Source of the DNA: Nitrospirota bacterium
GTDB taxonomy: Bacteria; Nitrospirota; Thermodesulfovibrionia; Thermodesulfovibrionales; Dissulfurispiraceae
Direction of reading: 5' to 3'
Length of the DNA: 64,000 nt
Assembly (NCBI GenBank): GCA_040758355.1
Contig: JBFLWF010000011.1
Span: forward strand, 16,041-80,040
Position numbers and translations under genes: made by a program. Below, one piece after another: positions 32,747-42,171 of the stretch (the first letter of the stretch is position 1; the number at the start of each line of letters is the position of its first letter). The notes beneath the pieces were generated by a model, which was given only the letters and a program-made list of their open reading frames with translations, was not told the origin of the DNA and searched no databases.

Positions 32747-33880
32747 CTATGTTATGTTGTGGCGGTATACCTGGAGTTTTTTGTCATAAAAAGGTCTGAT
32801 ATACGCAGGCTCTTTTATAGGCACCTTCACAATCTCTTTGCCCTTGACATCGTAACCAGAGGCACTGCCCTTTGAGACCTTGAACTTCGCAGGCCAGAAA
32901 TCAGTGGAACCAAATAGCATCAGCACGCCGAGTAATGTCTCATCGGTGTGTGCATTCCTATAAGTCTTGATCGCATCTTCAACTCCAGGCCCGAACGTCT
33001 GCCTCAAGAAGGGAGGAGGCACATGGATGGGCGGGATGTAGTATATATTGGGCTCCGTCCCAAACTGCGGGAAAAGCGGTAATGCCACCTTTTTGATATG
33101 GACAAGGTAGTCAATAGGGTTTGATGGATCAGCCTTTTCAGGGGTATGTATCCAGCCGTTCAGCCTCGTTCTGCCTATGCATGTCCTCATACACTGTGTC
33201 TGTTCCCCTTGTTCAACAAGCGGGTAACAACCTATACATTTTTCCGATTTCCTCGTTGTACTATTGAAAAAAACCTTTTTATATGGGCATGCTCGGACAC
33301 AGTCCCTGTACCCCTTACACCTCTTCTGGTCGACAAGGACAATGCCATCCTCGGCACGTTTATATATCGCCTTCCTCGAACAGGCAGAAATACAGGCAGG
33401 GTATGTACAGTGGTTACACATCCTTGGCAGATAGAAATGCCATACCCTGTGGGGCATTGTTATGTAATCGCCCCCATCTATCGAGCCGTGAGCGTCGTCT
33501 TCGCCTATATTTGGATGCGCCCAATCCATCTCCTCAGGCCAATAACCCTGCGTGACCTGTCCCTTTGGGGCTGCCTCGAATATGGTTTTGCCTTTATAGA
33601 CATTCCCTTCCCACTTCTGAGGCCCGAGGAGTCCGAGTATCTTCACATCCCATCCAAGTGGATAAAAACCATACGGCTTTGACTCCACATTGTTCCAGAA
33701 CATGTACTCCTGACCCTCTCCTGTTGTCCATGTATGTTTGCATGCCATAGTACAAGTCTGACAGGCTATGCATTTGTTGATGTCAAAGACCGCTGCAAAC
33801 TGTTTTTCGGGCCTCACACCCTCATAGGGGTAAAACATTTCTCTTTGAATCTGCCAGTTCTTGACTTTAATCTCAGCCAT
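32747..33880 (-). CDS. NxrB/NarH-like Fe-S beta subunit
   Basis: FDINKCIACQTCTMACK, YMFWNNVE.KPYG.YP, CNHCTYPAC, CKGYRDC, KSEKCIGC, PQFGTEPN. Confidence 0.92.
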   Translation of the reverse strand: MAEIKVKNWQIQREMFYPYEGVRPEKQFAAVFDINKCIACQTCTMACKHTWTTGEGQEYMFWNNVESKPYGFYPLGWDVKILGLLGPQKWEGNVYKGKTIFEAAPKGQVTQGYWPEEMDWAHPNIGEDDAHGSIDGGDYITMPHRVWHFYLPRMCNHCTYPACISACSRKAIYKRAEDGIVLVDQKRCKGYRDCVRACPYKKVFFNSTTRKSEKCIGCYPLVEQGEQTQCMRTCIGRTRLNGWIHTPEKADPSNPIDYLVHIKKVALPLFPQFGTEPNIYYIPPIHVPPPFLRQTFGPGVEDAIKTYRNAHTDETLLGVLMLFGSTDFWPAKFKVSKGSASGYDVKGKEIVKVPIKEPAYIRPFYDKKLQVYRHNIT

Positions 33881-33907
33881 TATATCCTCCAAGATTTTGC
33901 ATTCCTA

Positions 33908-36900
33908 TTAAACGATAAAACCGCCGTTCAGGTATTTCTTCATGTCATCATTTTCATAAGTAGGTCTGTAGCCTAATGATGCAGGCCTCCAGAGACCCTT
34001 GCCTCCAATTCCACCATCTTCAGCCTTTGCCACCTTGACATATGCCTCCCTCGGTGCCCCAACAGGACAGTGGATGTCTGGCGCAAACCCCTTTCCAACT
34101 AACTGCCCAAAGGTCTCCTTCCTTATAAGGGTATCTGTCATCAATGTAGGACCGAGCCATGCCCTTGTGCAACTCTGGTGGCCGCCATAGCGGAACATGG
34201 ATTGATATGTTGTCTCGGGGTTTTTTGCGAGTTTGTCAGGATTGGCCTCGTGAGCAGCGACAGACCCATGGCTTGACTGATACATATTGAACCACATGAG
34301 CAGCACCCCCCTCGGTATCCCCGGATAATACCTTGCACGGCACATCATGCGGCTCACTTTATAATCCTCATCGGTCTTCTTCCATCCTCTATAAGGCCTA
34401 TCTTCAGGGTCGGCATCTATCCAGACGTAATCGCCATCATTGATGCCAAGCTCCTTGGCATCCTTTGGATTTATATTCACATATGCCTCGCCCACCCATG
34501 GCATCCTCTTGTCAGATCTCTTCAGATCTCCAAAAGGCCCGAAGAATACGGATACGACATCGATGTCAACGGGTGTTGTGTGGGCACCGTGCCTGTATTT
34601 TGGCGTGATGAACTGGAATTTTAGACCATCCTTTTCCCCCGGATGCTTCGTCTTCTTGAGATCCTTCCATGACTTTACAATGTTTCTTACCTGCCTGACC
34701 TCGACAGAGAGATCGTCCCTCTTTAGACCATATGCCTCTGGAGGGGTTGGCTTAAGGGTATCTAATGGCTTGCTCACAACCACATTGGGTTCATAAAATG
34801 TCGCATCTATGGGCTCACGATAAACAGGGAGGTTCTCGCCATGCTCGATAAACTCTGGCTCTTCCCTGTAGAATTCAAGCCTTCCTGTCTTTGTATACCA
34901 GGGCTTGCTTTCATGATACTGTTCCCATCCAGGTACCTTCGGATATGTCCTGAAAAGGGTAAGCACCGGTATGCCGTCCTTTGCCCTCTTTTCCATTTCC
35001 TCTATCTTGTATCCCTTGAGTGTTGTGCTTTCGTTTATTATCCTCTGGAGATAGACCTCCACCTTTTTGTCATGAACGAACTTCCAGTAATCCTCGAACC
35101 TCTTATCTCCTGTGAGTTTTGCCAGTTTCTTTGCAACACCTGCATAGGTCTCGATATCGCTTACAGTATCATGTATCCTCTTAAGCGGGGTCCTTGGATA
35201 TATATGAACAAAGGGATTTGTGACCGATGCAGTCATATCGGGGTATTTGAACTCTGCCCATGAATCAACGCCATATACAACGTCGGCATATTCGCATGAA
35301 AGGGTCCACCACCATTCATTGACGATTATACCCTCCATCTTTGGAAGTGTATTATGTATCAAGTCATAGAACCACTTTGCATTTCCGAGAAGGGAGTTGC
35401 TGTTGGCAAACCAGAGGAGCTTTGTGGGTGTTGGTGTATGTGTCTTCCCTGTAAAGAGTTTATTCCCAATCCTGAGCGGCCTGTCGCCGTAATTGTAATA
35501 GTGGGCTGATTCAAATTTGAAATAATATTTCAGTTTTGGAGCCTTTTCAGACGAAAGCTCGGGATTGAACGGGTCCTCCATGACGTACTGGGGCGTACCA
35601 TTGAATATGGCAATCCTGTAATTCCCTGCATAACTTCCAGGGCTTCCGCCGAGATTGCCAATATTTTTGGTCATTGCAGCCACAAGGAATATCCCCCTGT
35701 CTTTAAGCCCTGCATTGAAGAACTGATTTGGCCCCATGCCAACAGCAAAGAGCGTTTTGCCTTTGTTCTTCGCTATCTGCTCTGCGAGGTTTATGATGGC
35801 CTCCTTTGGAGCGCCTGTTATTTCCGAGACGTTCTCCGGTGTAAACTCCTCAAGATATTCTTTGATAACATCAAGTACAGTCCTCACCTCGATCTCTTTG
35901 CCATCAATACCCTTGACCTTAAACCTTCCCGTAAGGGCAATATCTTTCCGCAACCCTCTAAACTTCTTCCCCACATGGTCCCTTGTGATAACTGCCGGCG
36001 TCTTGGCCTTTTTATCCCAGACCACAAAGTCGCCCCATTCATTCCTCATTGTTTCGGGTATATACTGCTCTTTATGCACAGGCATGGGCGGAGGCGTTTC
36101 ACCTTCCTTTAAGACTTTTACATAATTATTTAGCGGGGAAGGAGTATAACTACTGATTATGTCAGATGCCCTTAAATACTGCAGGTTGTCGCTCCTGAGT
36201 AAAACGGGCAGGTCTGTGTATTCCTTGAGATAGCCGGGATCATAGAGGTTTTTCTTTATGAGCAAATGCGCAACGCCGAGGGCAAGTGCCTGGTCTGTGC
36301 CCGGCCTGATGACTACGACCTCATCGGACTTATTGGCAGTAGATTGATACTCTATCGTTATATTTATGACCTTTGAACCTTTCAGCCTTGCCTCTGTGAG
36401 CCAGTGGGCATCGGGCATCTTTGTGGATATCCAGTTCAACCCCCAGATGGTAATGAGGTTAGCCTGTTCAGTAGCATGGAGCTCAAAGTCAACAGTCTGC
36501 TGTCCGGTAACCATTGGATGACCTGGAGGAAGGTCTGTATGCCAACTGTAGTTATCCCAGTAACGGCCGCCGATTGCCTTCTCATGGTTGGTTTTCCTTA
36601 TATGGTTGTCGAGGAGGGCGAGCATATTGGAAAACCTTCCCAATCCAGCAACCCTCGTTATCCCGAGGAAATGCATGCCCCCCCTGTGTTTGAGGGTCAA
36701 TGTCCCCGCGCCCTTCATCCACTCTATCATTGATGGGTCATAGCCCTGCGCCTTCAGATACTTTGCACCCTGTTCGCCACTGTAAGTCTGTGCAATATTC
36801 ATATAGGCCTTTGCCGCTATCTCATTCACTTCGTCGTGAGATAACTTAAGCCATTTATCCTTCCCCCTCTGGAAGTACTTTTCTGGCGGCCTTCCTGTCT

Positions 36901-37351
36901 CCGGATCCCTCGGGAAATCGGCCTTGACCCATTCGTAAAAACCCTTTCTGACCATGGCGCCCTTGACCCTCCTGTCTCCGTAGAACTTCCTCACGAGGGC
37001 GAGCCCCTTCTGGCAGCATCTGGGCTCCCATCTGTGGGAAGGCCTGTTGCCGTACACATCCGTTGCCTTTCCATAACCATAGGTGGGCATAATCCTGACA
37101 ACAACGCCGTTTCTTACATAAGCCCTTAAAAGGCAGTTGTGAGTATCATTGGGCGCACATGTAAAGACAAATGTGTCATCGTATTTGAATTTATCCCTGT
37201 ACAGTTTTTCCCAGTCCCTGTGTGGGTATCCACCGAGGGGGTTGTCAGTATCTACCGGCTGTAGAAATGCAAGCCTTGGCGAACTGACAGCTAATCCAGC
37301 CGCACCTGCAAGAGACCATTTCAGAAAATCCCTTCTGCTAAATCCTTTCAC
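33908..37351 (-). CDS. Tat-exported type II DMSO-reductase-family molybdoenzyme, periplasmic NXR alpha-like
   Basis: SRRDFLK; FS0 motif CAPNDTHNC...CQKG; Mo-ligand region [20 protein letters not shown]; 1147 aa. Confidence 0.92.
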   Translation of the reverse strand: MKGFSRRDFLKWSLAGAAGLAVSSPRLAFLQPVDTDNPLGGYPHRDWEKLYRDKFKYDDTFVFTCAPNDTHNCLLRAYVRNGVVVRIMPTYGYGKATDVYGNRPSHRWEPRCCQKGLALVRKFYGDRRVKGAMVRKGFYEWVKADFPRDPETGRPPEKYFQRGKDKWLKLSHDEVNEIAAKAYMNIAQTYSGEQGAKYLKAQGYDPSMIEWMKGAGTLTLKHRGGMHFLGITRVAGLGRFSNMLALLDNHIRKTNHEKAIGGRYWDNYSWHTDLPPGHPMVTGQQTVDFELHATEQANLITIWGLNWISTKMPDAHWLTEARLKGSKVINITIEYQSTANKSDEVVVIRPGTDQALALGVAHLLIKKNLYDPGYLKEYTDLPVLLRSDNLQYLRASDIISSYTPSPLNNYVKVLKEGETPPPMPVHKEQYIPETMRNEWGDFVVWDKKAKTPAVITRDHVGKKFRGLRKDIALTGRFKVKGIDGKEIEVRTVLDVIKEYLEEFTPENVSEITGAPKEAIINLAEQIAKNKGKTLFAVGMGPNQFFNAGLKDRGIFLVAAMTKNIGNLGGSPGSYAGNYRIAIFNGTPQYVMEDPFNPELSSEKAPKLKYYFKFESAHYYNYGDRPLRIGNKLFTGKTHTPTPTKLLWFANSNSLLGNAKWFYDLIHNTLPKMEGIIVNEWWWTLSCEYADVVYGVDSWAEFKYPDMTASVTNPFVHIYPRTPLKRIHDTVSDIETYAGVAKKLAKLTGDKRFEDYWKFVHDKKVEVYLQRIINESTTLKGYKIEEMEKRAKDGIPVLTLFRTYPKVPGWEQYHESKPWYTKTGRLEFYREEPEFIEHGENLPVYREPIDATFYEPNVVVSKPLDTLKPTPPEAYGLKRDDLSVEVRQVRNIVKSWKDLKKTKHPGEKDGLKFQFITPKYRHGAHTTPVDIDVVSVFFGPFGDLKRSDKRMPWVGEAYVNINPKDAKELGINDGDYVWIDADPEDRPYRGWKKTDEDYKVSRMMCRARYYPGIPRGVLLMWFNMYQSSHGSVAAHEANPDKLAKNPETTYQSMFRYGGHQSCTRAWLGPTLMTDTLIRKETFGQLVGKGFAPDIHCPVGAPREAYVKVAKAEDGGIGGKGLWRPASLGYRPTYENDDMKKYLNGGFIV

Positions 37352-37378
37352 ACGATCCTCCTCATAATCGATGCCTTT

Positions 37379-38212
37379 TTAAAACCTGAAACCAGGAACC
37401 TGGATTGGAAGCCCGTTGGCCTGATATGTTAAATAGAACTCAAGGTTGCGAATGTCCTCGCTCTCGTATTCCGGCAGCTTTTCCACCCTCATGTTCCCAA
37501 TACAATCTTTAATGATCCTTCTCTGAATGGTGCCCGTAGAACCCCATGCCATCCTGTAAGTTGGCCAGTGGTCTGCATGGCCTCTATTTCTCGAAAGAAT
37601 ATTGGCCCTTGTCTTACGGCCTGCATACTTTATATGACATTGGGCGCAATTCCAGCTCCACTCCCCCCACTTCGTATAGTACATCTTCTTTCCGGCCTCG
37701 TAGAATGGCTTCGCAGGGCCGTCTATGTTTATCTTGATCGGCATACCGTTGGAAAGGGACTTCACAAACAATTCAACTGCAACTATATCGGGGGTGTCAT
37801 ACTTCCAGGGCTTGGCACCCATCTGTCCTTCACGGCACCTGTTGATCTGTACCGGAAGGGTGAGTATGCCTTTAATGCTTGCATCGTATTTTGGATAGGT
37901 GGTTGCAGCACCTTTAAGCTTTTCCCCATTCTGTCCGTGGCAACTGGCACATGACTTCCCTTTGCTTCCATCAGCCTTCTGGAATAGGGCATTTCCATCG
38001 TCAAGCAATATCTCGGCCGGATTGCCCTCTTCTGCCATCTTCTTTGTAGCCTCACCGTAAAACTCATTGTATCTCTTCTCATACTCTTCAGGCGAGATCT
38101 CAGGAGTATATTCCACAATCTCTCCAGCAGTAGAGTCTTGCAATGTTACAACAGGTATAACACCCACCAGAGATAACAGCAATATCAGACCACCTAAAAC
38201 TCTTTTATTCAT
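37379..38212 (-). CDS. soxA: Diheme SoxA
   Basis: CASCH, TYPKY, INRCRE, CAQCH, WPTYR, QRR..DC, LEFYL..ANG. Confidence 0.92.
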   Translation of the reverse strand: MNKRVLGGLILLLSLVGVIPVVTLQDSTAGEIVEYTPEISPEEYEKRYNEFYGEATKKMAEEGNPAEILLDDGNALFQKADGSKGKSCASCHGQNGEKLKGAATTYPKYDASIKGILTLPVQINRCREGQMGAKPWKYDTPDIVAVELFVKSLSNGMPIKINIDGPAKPFYEAGKKMYYTKWGEWSWNCAQCHIKYAGRKTRANILSRNRGHADHWPTYRMAWGSTGTIQRRIIKDCIGNMRVEKLPEYESEDIRNLEFYLTYQANGLPIQVPGFRF

Positions 38213-38233
38213 TTTCCACCTCTCCTTATACCA

Positions 38234-38563
38234 TTATTGCGGATTAACCTGGACAGTATCTTCATAAGTACCACCCTTGTTGTCCTTGTATACTATCTTA
38301 AGGGGTGCGGCCTTATCAGCCTTAACATAAAAGGTTATAAATGGGTCCGCACTGACAGCCGTTGTCCACTCCATGCTGCTTATGAGATCGTTTCCATAAT
38401 AAACTTTTACATCGTTAATGTAGTGAGCTGGGATCGGCTTTCCTGCCTTATCCTTCCTCAACCCTGTTTCCATTGGGTGCATTACCAACGCCTTTACAGA
38501 GACCACTTCATCTTTTTTTATGGTCTGTGGCAACTTTATCCTTATTTTCCCGACTTCTGCCAT
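38234..38563 (-). CDS. soxZ: Sulfur carrier SoxZ
   Basis: HPMETGLRKDKAGKPIPAHYI, SADP. Confidence 0.96.
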   Translation of the reverse strand: MAEVGKIRIKLPQTIKKDEVVSVKALVMHPMETGLRKDKAGKPIPAHYINDVKVYYGNDLISSMEWTTAVSADPFITFYVKADKAAPLKIVYKDNKGGTYEDTVQVNPQ

Positions 38564-38612
38564 TGTATTTTCCTCCTTTTGAAATTTAAAGTTTAGAATT
38601 CTTTAAAACAGG

Positions 38613-39107
38613 CTATCCACCGCAGCCGCCGATGGTGACCTTAACCGGCTTGGACCCCTGATAAAGCTTACCTGTATTGGTCTCAACCACGGCACGGACA
38701 TCGGAGGTCTGCCTCATCTTGATCCTCAGTGCAAGTTCTGCCTTGCCATTGGCAGGAGTAAGTTCCATACTTGCTGTAAAGGGCCTCAGGTTCCCCTCGG
38801 CAAAAACATAGATTTTCTTAACATAATTGTCAGGTGTCATTGGAAGATCCGAAGTGACCGTTATCGGGACAACAGCTCCATTCTCTGCAATTATAGGCAC
38901 CTTTAGATCCACATGTCCTGTCTCTATCTTACGGTCTCCAAAGAACTTCTTCAACACATCCTTGATGTCCTCCTTTTCCTCTGCTGCCAGTGCAGGTTTA
39001 AGAAGGCCCGGCACAGTGCCTGCCATAAAAAAGGCTGCACATGCAACACCCGTTGCCTTAATAAACTCTCTCCTCGAAAGTCCAGTACTTTCCTTTGAGT
39101 CTTTCAT
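38613..39107 (-). CDS. soxY: Sulfur carrier SoxY
   Basis: Tat SRREFIK; IAENGAVVP; C-terminal VKVTIGGCGG. Confidence 0.97.
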   Translation of the reverse strand: MKDSKESTGLSRREFIKATGVACAAFFMAGTVPGLLKPALAAEEKEDIKDVLKKFFGDRKIETGHVDLKVPIIAENGAVVPITVTSDLPMTPDNYVKKIYVFAEGNLRPFTASMELTPANGKAELALRIKMRQTSDVRAVVETNTGKLYQGSKPVKVTIGGCGG

Positions 39108-39123
39108 ACATTCCTCCTGTCTT

Positions 39124-39561
39124 TTATTTCTCTTTTAGCGTGTATAGATATTCGACGATATCATCAATTCGCTGTTCGATCAGCTTCTTTTTCTGATCCT
39201 CGGGCAGATTCTCTTCTCCCTTGAAAATCAGGAGCTTGCTGGCCCCATAAGACGGCATAAAGGGGTCTGCTTTGGTTTTCTTCGCATCGTATATCCACTG
39301 CCTTAATTTCTCCCTATCTTTCGGTGTATCGGCATAGTCTTCCATAATTTCAGCAAAGTCCGGGGAAATGTCACTGGGAAACTCGATACCTTTAAAGTAA
39401 TGACATGCCACACAGTTAGCAACCGGTCTGCCGTGAAAAAGCTTTTTACCATTCTTTGCATCCCCTGCCCTAACAGCTATCGGGAAAGCAACAAATACAG
39501 AGAGTAACATCACGACCGCAATCATAGTGCCGAACCTTGACCACACCTTGCTTTTTTGCAT
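39124..39561 (-). CDS. soxX: SoxX-like monoheme cytochrome c
   Basis: GD..NGKKLF, ANCVACH, LRQWIYD, MP axial Met; directly upstream of soxY. Confidence 0.8.
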   Translation of the reverse strand: MQKSKVWSRFGTMIAVVMLLSVFVAFPIAVRAGDAKNGKKLFHGRPVANCVACHYFKGIEFPSDISPDFAEIMEDYADTPKDREKLRQWIYDAKKTKADPFMPSYGASKLLIFKGEENLPEDQKKKLIEQRIDDIVEYLYTLKEK

Positions 39562-39587
39562 ACAAAATCCTCCTTTTATCATTCTCA

Positions 39588-40085
39588 TCATTCAACCTTT
39601 ATGTAGGCAAAGCCTTCATCCTGAAGCTCTACAACCCTTACCTGACCCGAATCCGTGAGTTTGCAGAATGGCTTGAGTTTGGTCTTGTCTATCTTCATTC
39701 TCTTCAGGGTTATATCGCACTGCTCAACTTTCACTCCGTAGCCGTCCACAAGGCTTGCAAGCATCTCATCTATTGATTTTTGCAGCTTTTCGTCTATCTG
39801 CTTTTCTGCGAAATTTGTCCCTGACTTATCCTTCAGCAGAAACTGCACGCATGCCCCGTTGGCAACTACCCTTACATCATAAGAAACATTTTTGGTTGTG
39901 TAGTAATTGACGAGATTGTAGACATTGCGCAGCATGCCGTCAAACCTCTTGGCATCTCCAAAGTCGCAGTGATAAACAGCCTTTCTCTCTTTTTCTTTGT
40001 CAGATGCTTTGCCTATGGATGGCATTAAAAGAACCGCCATGGCAAGACCTAAGATCGAGATTTTTAGAAAACTTCCCCATTTCAT
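39588..40085 (-). CDS. Exported DsrE-family protein
   Basis: AVYH, RVVANG, EQC, SG..RVVELQDEGFAYIK. Confidence 0.82.
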   Translation of the reverse strand: MKWGSFLKISILGLAMAVLLMPSIGKASDKEKERKAVYHCDFGDAKRFDGMLRNVYNLVNYYTTKNVSYDVRVVANGACVQFLLKDKSGTNFAEKQIDEKLQKSIDEMLASLVDGYGVKVEQCDITLKRMKIDKTKLKPFCKLTDSGQVRVVELQDEGFAYIKVE

Positions 40086-40134
40086 ATTCTCCCCCTTCCG
40101 CCCCGAAGCATTCAGGGCAACTTTTTGGAATTTA

Positions 40135-40524
40135 CTAACACCCTTTATTTCTTATCCCATCTACATAATTACAGAGCAGGTCCTTAAAGTCCTCCTTCGT
40201 TACAGCACCCGGAACCCTTAATAACTCCTCACCATTGGCATTTAAAAATATAACTGTTGGGGTGCCTATTATCCTGTACTTTTTTGCAAGGTCTTTTTCA
40301 GGCATGCCCATTTTGCGCATCTTTCTTCCCCCATGAACATCTACCCTTATAATATCTGCATTTCTCAGAAGGATACTTTTTATCGACGAGTCATTCATAA
40401 TACTATCCATGCGCTCACACCACCTGCACCCTTCCTCATAAAAATACAACACCTTGATATCGGATGCTGCTGCGACAGATGAAAGCAAGAAAAAAACTGA
40501 AACTATAAGTATTAGCTGTTTCAT
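40135..40524 (-). CDS. Exported thioredoxin-like protein (SoxW/SoxS-like)
   Basis: CRWC, GTPT, signal peptide. Confidence 0.82.
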   Translation of the reverse strand: MKQLILIVSVFFLLSSVAAASDIKVLYFYEEGCRWCERMDSIMNDSSIKSILLRNADIIRVDVHGGRKMRKMGMPEKDLAKKYRIIGTPTVIFLNANGEELLRVPGAVTKEDFKDLLCNYVDGIRNKGC

Positions 40525-40539
40525 TACACTTTATAGTTT

Positions 40540-40555
40540 AGCAAGATATGTGCCA
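40540..40555 (-). promoter_or_regulatory. Sigma-54 promoter of the sox/NXR-like operon
   Basis: Minus strand reads TGGCACATATCTTGCT, matching the TGGCAC-N5-TTGC consensus. Confidence 0.88.
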
Positions 40556-40586
40556 TTATTTTTCCTTTATATTTATCAGGATACCC

Positions 40587-40634
40587 TGTCCTTTCCGGTA
40601 CAGTTCCAAACCATCCAATGTTCAATTCTGAACA
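40587..40634. promoter_or_regulatory. Paired putative enhancer-binding-protein sites
   Basis: TGTCC-tttccg-GTACA (40587-40602) and TGTTC-aattct-GAACA (40619-40634). Confidence 0.7.
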
Positions 40635-40660
40635 TAAACGGCGAAGCCGTCTTGCCTCCT

Positions 40661-40735
40661 AAAAAAATTTGCGGCCATCCATTAAAGAATGGCCGCCAGC
40701 ACGGGTGTTTCTATAATAATGGAGGGTTTATGCAT
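40661..40735 (-). ncRNA. Candidate sigma-54-dependent small RNA (or leaderless 17-aa peptide)
   Basis: Own promoter with predicted +1 near 40735; 3' hairpin GCGGCCAT/ATGGCCGC followed by AAATTTTTTT. Confidence 0.45.
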
Positions 40736-40745
40736 CTTAAACTTT

Positions 40746-40762
40746 AGCAAATTTTTTGCCAG
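40746..40762 (-). promoter_or_regulatory. Sigma-54 promoter (upstream copy)
   Basis: Minus strand reads CTGGCAAAAAATTTGCT (GG-N10-GC). Confidence 0.75.
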
Positions 40763-40814
40763 ACTAATTAACCTTATAATTTCAAATAATAATATGATTT
40801 CAAGGCAGGATATC

Positions 40815-40862
40815 TGTTCAATAAAGTACAGATCAAAACCCAATTATGTCCAAAAATGAACA
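40815..40862. promoter_or_regulatory. Paired putative enhancer-binding-protein sites
   Basis: TGTTC-aataaa-GTACA (40815-40830) and TGTCC-aaaaat-GAACA (40847-40862). Confidence 0.7.
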
Positions 40863-40942
40863 TATGGGCACAAACTGCGGCGGGCATGCAAGTTCTGTCT
40901 CCAGTGCTGACCCGTAAGAAAATTTTTATCCTGTCAGGCCTT

Positions 40943-42004
40943 TTAGTCTGGATTTTCGGTACTGGATGACTCATCAAGGTCTATTATCTTTTTTCCTTTT
41001 ACATAATCCTTGGTCTTGTAATCTGTTATGGTTAACATCTTCCTGATAATGTTGTTCATCCGGTCACACTGGTTGTTGATAATGCTCATCTCTTCCTCTG
41101 TTAGCGGTTCTTGATGCTCAAACTTCTCTTTAAACAGACCTATAAGGTTATGGACAATTGTCATTGGCTGTCTCATCTCATGGGCTGTTGCCCCTGCCAG
41201 CTCGATGATGGCCGCAAGCTTTTCCCTCTCTATGTCCTTTTCTATGGCGGAACTGAGTCTTTTAGATACTATAACTGTTATCGCGGCAACAAAAACAATG
41301 CTGAGCAAACCTATAGCCAATAAGGAGATAATAGTTTTACGGAGTTCTGCTGAACGTATGTAATCATACCTTTCCATAGGGATGCTTATACTGATGCCGC
41401 CCTTGATATCTCCATAACTATATCCGTGTTTTGCATGGCACTTGAGACATGGTTCCTCTATTTTGAGAGGCGCAATGTATTTAAAGACCCTGCTGCCGTC
41501 TTGTTCCGATATTGCCGCAGTTTCCGCAATTGCACCCTTCTCAAACTCTTTAAGCGCATTCCTTTCCCATGCATCAGGAATATTATATGGATTCACGGGC
41601 TTGAGGCTTATAATACGGAATTTATAACCCTGTCGCTGCATTGTTATTTCTGATAGCTGCCTCGTCATGTATGCCGGATTAATCTTCGTATAGCGTCTGC
41701 CGTCAACCGAAACAATATCACGGCGGGGGTCTTCCAGATATGGATTTGGCGGGGTATCTGGCGAGATCTCCACATAAACACCTCCGTGCTGTGCATTCCA
41801 GAGGCGGGCAACCATTATCTGGTCAAAGAACGCCCCTGCAGTCTCTTTCAATTCATTTATCTGTTCTTTTTTTCTTTCGCTTTGCACCCACAGTACCAAT
41901 GAAAAAAAGAGGATGCTCAGTATAATCACAAAGGGGACTAAAAACGTTACAGTCAGCCTACAAGGACTTTCCGGTTTGTTTATTTCTGAAAAGAACTTTC
42001 TCAC
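40943..42004 (-). CDS. DUF3365 heme-c sensor fused to a HisKA domain without HATPase
   Basis: WNAQHGGVYV, NPAYMTRQ, SLKPVNP.N.PD.WE, CLKCH, ATAHEMRQP; the protein ends about 80 aa after the His. Confidence 0.85.
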   Translation of the reverse strand: MRKFFSEINKPESPCRLTVTFLVPFVIILSILFFSLVLWVQSERKKEQINELKETAGAFFDQIMVARLWNAQHGGVYVEISPDTPPNPYLEDPRRDIVSVDGRRYTKINPAYMTRQLSEITMQRQGYKFRIISLKPVNPYNIPDAWERNALKEFEKGAIAETAAISEQDGSRVFKYIAPLKIEEPCLKCHAKHGYSYGDIKGGISISIPMERYDYIRSAELRKTIISLLAIGLLSIVFVAAITVIVSKRLSSAIEKDIEREKLAAIIELAGATAHEMRQPMTIVHNLIGLFKEKFEHQEPLTEEEMSIINNQCDRMNNIIRKMLTITDYKTKDYVKGKKIIDLDESSSTENPD

Positions 42005-42110
42005 CCTTAAATTTTACATATATCGCCGCCATTCACACAAGGTAAAAAAATTGTAAATTCATGACCTTATATATTCGAAGGATACAACTTGTCCTCCATA
42101 CAAAAAAATC

Positions 42111-42157
42111 TTGACAAAAAGAAATGCCTTCCTTTACTATTGAGAATAAATCTCAAT
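42111..42157 (+). promoter_or_regulatory. Sigma-70 promoter overlapped by a Fur-type operator
   Basis: TTGACA (42111), 18 bp spacer, TACTAT (42135); 19-bp palindrome ATTGAGAATAAATCTCAAT (42139-42157) upstream of the feo genes. Confidence 0.75.
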
Positions 42158-42171
42158 TTGGAGGAGAAAAA

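Noticed and set aside
33908..37351. Assigning nxrA or narG and calling the organism a nitrite oxidiser
   Set aside because: Family membership does not fix substrate or reaction direction; the sox context and missing gamma subunit argue against a confident symbol.
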